Shown piece after piece: positions 48,070-49,710 of a stretch of 49,710 nucleotides of DNA. The position numbers were made by a program, and so were the translations under genes. The notes beneath the pieces were generated by a model. That model did not search any database. It was not told the origin of the DNA and worked only from the letters and a program-made list of their open reading frames with translations. Origin of the DNA: Bosea sp. (in: a-proteobacteria) (GTDB lineage: Bacteria; Pseudomonadota; Alphaproteobacteria; Rhizobiales; Beijerinckiaceae); assembly GCA_031375185.1 (NCBI GenBank), contig JANMHN010000294.1:1-49710 (forward strand). Direction: 5' to 3'. Numbering within the stretch: position 1 is the first letter of the stretch; each line of letters begins with the position of its first letter.

Positions 48070-49119
48070 ATGGCGAGGGCGCTGAAGCTGACGGCCATCG
48101 CGCTCCTTGGTCTCGCCATCATTGCCCTCACGGTGTGGGGCTGCCTCGCCCTGTGGTACCGGGCGGGTGCCCCGGTGCCGTTCATGGGCGGGCTGATCTG
48201 GCTTTCGGCACTGTCACTCCTGCTGCTGTGGCGGGCAGCGCCGGATCTGGCTCCCGCCTGGCCGGGACTGGCCGCTCTCGCCGCAGCCTTCGGTGCCTTG
48301 TTCATCTGGTGGGGTTCGATCCAGCCGAGCGCAAACCGCGTCTGGGCGGTACAGCTTGCACGGATACCAGCCGTGGTCATCGACGGCGACCGGTTCACGA
48401 TCACGAATGTCCGGAATTTCGTCTGGCGCACGAAGGCGGGGGCTCAAGGGGCAAGCGCTGTCCAAGAGGCGGCCGAAGACGTGGCGGAAGAACGCTGGGA
48501 GACCCGGACCTATGACCTGGGCAAGGCGTCGGGCGTGGACCTGTTCTTCTCGTACTGGACCGGCCCGCTGATCGCACATGTCCTGGTGTCGGTCACTTTC
48601 GATGACGCGCCGCCGCTGACCTTTTCCATCGAAATCCGCCGCGAGCAGGGCGAAGACTACTCCCCGCTCGCCGGCTTCTTCAAGTCCTACGAGCTGGCCA
48701 TCGTGGCCGCCGACGAACGCGACATCGTCAAGCTGCGCACCCATGTCTGGCGCGAGGACGTGCGGCTTTACCGCCTCACTGTCAGCCGGGAGAAGGCGCG
48801 CGCGTTGCTGCTGGCCTATGGGGCCGAGATCAACGCACTCGCGGCCCAGCCGCGCTGGTATGACACGCTGGGGGCCAACTGCAGCACCGTCGCCTACAGG
48901 CTGGCGCGGCAGCTCTGGCCGGGCCTGCGCTTCGATTGGCGCATCCTGTTTCCGGGCCGCGCCCCCGACTATGCCTACGAGATCGGAGCGGTCCGGACAG
49001 ACATCCCGCTTGAGGAACTCAAGTCCCGCGCGGCCATCAGCGATCTGGCACGCGGCTTGCCTGACGTCGCGGACTTCTCGGCAGCCATCCGCGCTGCGGT
49101 TCCAGCCGCGAAGCGATAG
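48070..49119 (+). CDS. Membrane protein, DUF4105 (Lnb N-terminal-like) family
   Basis: Three N-terminal TM helices; IAH..VS, SIEIRRE, YEL..V.A.E.D, Y.TL..NC.T motifs. Confidence 0.8.
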   Translation: MARALKLTAIALLGLAIIALTVWGCLALWYRAGAPVPFMGGLIWLSALSLLLLWRAAPDLAPAWPGLAALAAAFGALFIWWGSIQPSANRVWAVQLARIPAVVIDGDRFTITNVRNFVWRTKAGAQGASAVQEAAEDVAEERWETRTYDLGKASGVDLFFSYWTGPLIAHVLVSVTFDDAPPLTFSIEIRREQGEDYSPLAGFFKSYELAIVAADERDIVKLRTHVWREDVRLYRLTVSREKARALLLAYGAEINALAAQPRWYDTLGANCSTVAYRLARQLWPGLRFDWRILFPGRAPDYAYEIGAVRTDIPLEELKSRAAISDLARGLPDVADFSAAIRAAVPAAKR

Positions 49120-49222
49120 CTGACTGCGGCAAAAACCATCACATTGCGGGCTTCTCATTGCAGCGCATTCGCGTGTAGGTTCGCGGCCAGCAACAGACAG
49201 ACCAACCGAAGGGGCATGACAC

Positions 49223-49710
49223 ATGAGACGCCAGATACTGACAGGCCTGTGCGCCGCCGCGATGCTCGCTGCCATGCCAGCCGCCGCCCTGGCGCAAGAG
49301 AAGCTGAAGATCGGCTTCATCTATGTCGGGCCGGTGGGTGATTTCGGCTGGAGCTACCAGCATGATGTGGGCCGCAAAGCCATCGAAGCCGCCTTTCCGG
49401 GCCGGGTCGAGACCACTTTCATCGAGACCGTGCCCGAAGCTGGCTCCGAGCGCGTGATCGAGCAGCTGGCCCGCACCGGCCACAAGCTGATCTTCACCAC
49501 CTCGTTCGGCTACATGGAGCCGACCCTGCGCGTCGCGGCGCGCTTTCCGGACGTGAAGTTCGAGCATGCGACCGGCTTCAAGCGCGCGCCAAATGTGGCG
49601 ACATATTCGGCCAAGTTTCACGAAGGCCGTTACATCGCGGGCCAGATCGCCGGCAAGATGACCAAGACCAACACGGTGGGCTATGTCGGTGCCTTCCCGA
49701 TCCCGGAGGT
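49223..49710 (+). CDS. BMP-family ABC transporter substrate-binding protein, 3' truncated (absent from the supplied ORF track)
   Basis: Manual translation: signal peptide MRRQILTG...AALA then QEKLKIGFIYVGPVGDFGWSYQHD...TSFGYM...FEHATG. Confidence 0.9.
   Translation, partial: MRRQILTGLCAAAMLAAMPAAALAQEKLKIGFIYVGPVGDFGWSYQHDVGRKAIEAAFPGRVETTFIETVPEAGSERVIEQLARTGHKLIFTTSFGYMEPTLRVAARFPDVKFEHATGFKRAPNVATYSAKFHEGRYIAGQIAGKMTKTNTVGYVGAFPIPE

Overview
High-GC alphaproteobacterial chromosome segment, Hyphomicrobiales/Rhizobiales-like. Conserved housekeeping genes flank a ~21 kb accessory block (about 3.5-24.8 kb). On the left are pnp and a Bcr/CflA MFS gene. On the right are pbp1A, trxA, addA, addB, murU-like, tsaE-amgK, divL, ahcY, ptsH, manX, hprK, chvG, chvI, hugZ-like, pckA, DUF4105 and a BMP gene. 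The accessory block is a gas vesicle cluster: gvpN, O, J, Hsp20/H, four F/L paralogs (one fused to a J-domain), G, a second J/S-like gene, K, a CDC48-type AAA ATPase and a displaced gvpA. Embedded in it is a complete photoactive yellow protein module (pyp, coumarate ligase, tyrosine ammonia-lyase). The block also holds three paralogs of an unnamed protein family, a large TM-HAMP coiled-coil protein with an internal triple repeat, an HhH-tail protein after gvpA and a soluble chemoreceptor with no evident sensor domain. Most transcription units of the block are preceded by a CtrA-type TTAA-N7-TTAA box or half site, suggesting a cell-cycle-gated, light-sensing buoyancy system. The neighbouring PBP1A gene is split by one in-frame TAG, and ahcY has a SahR-type operator.
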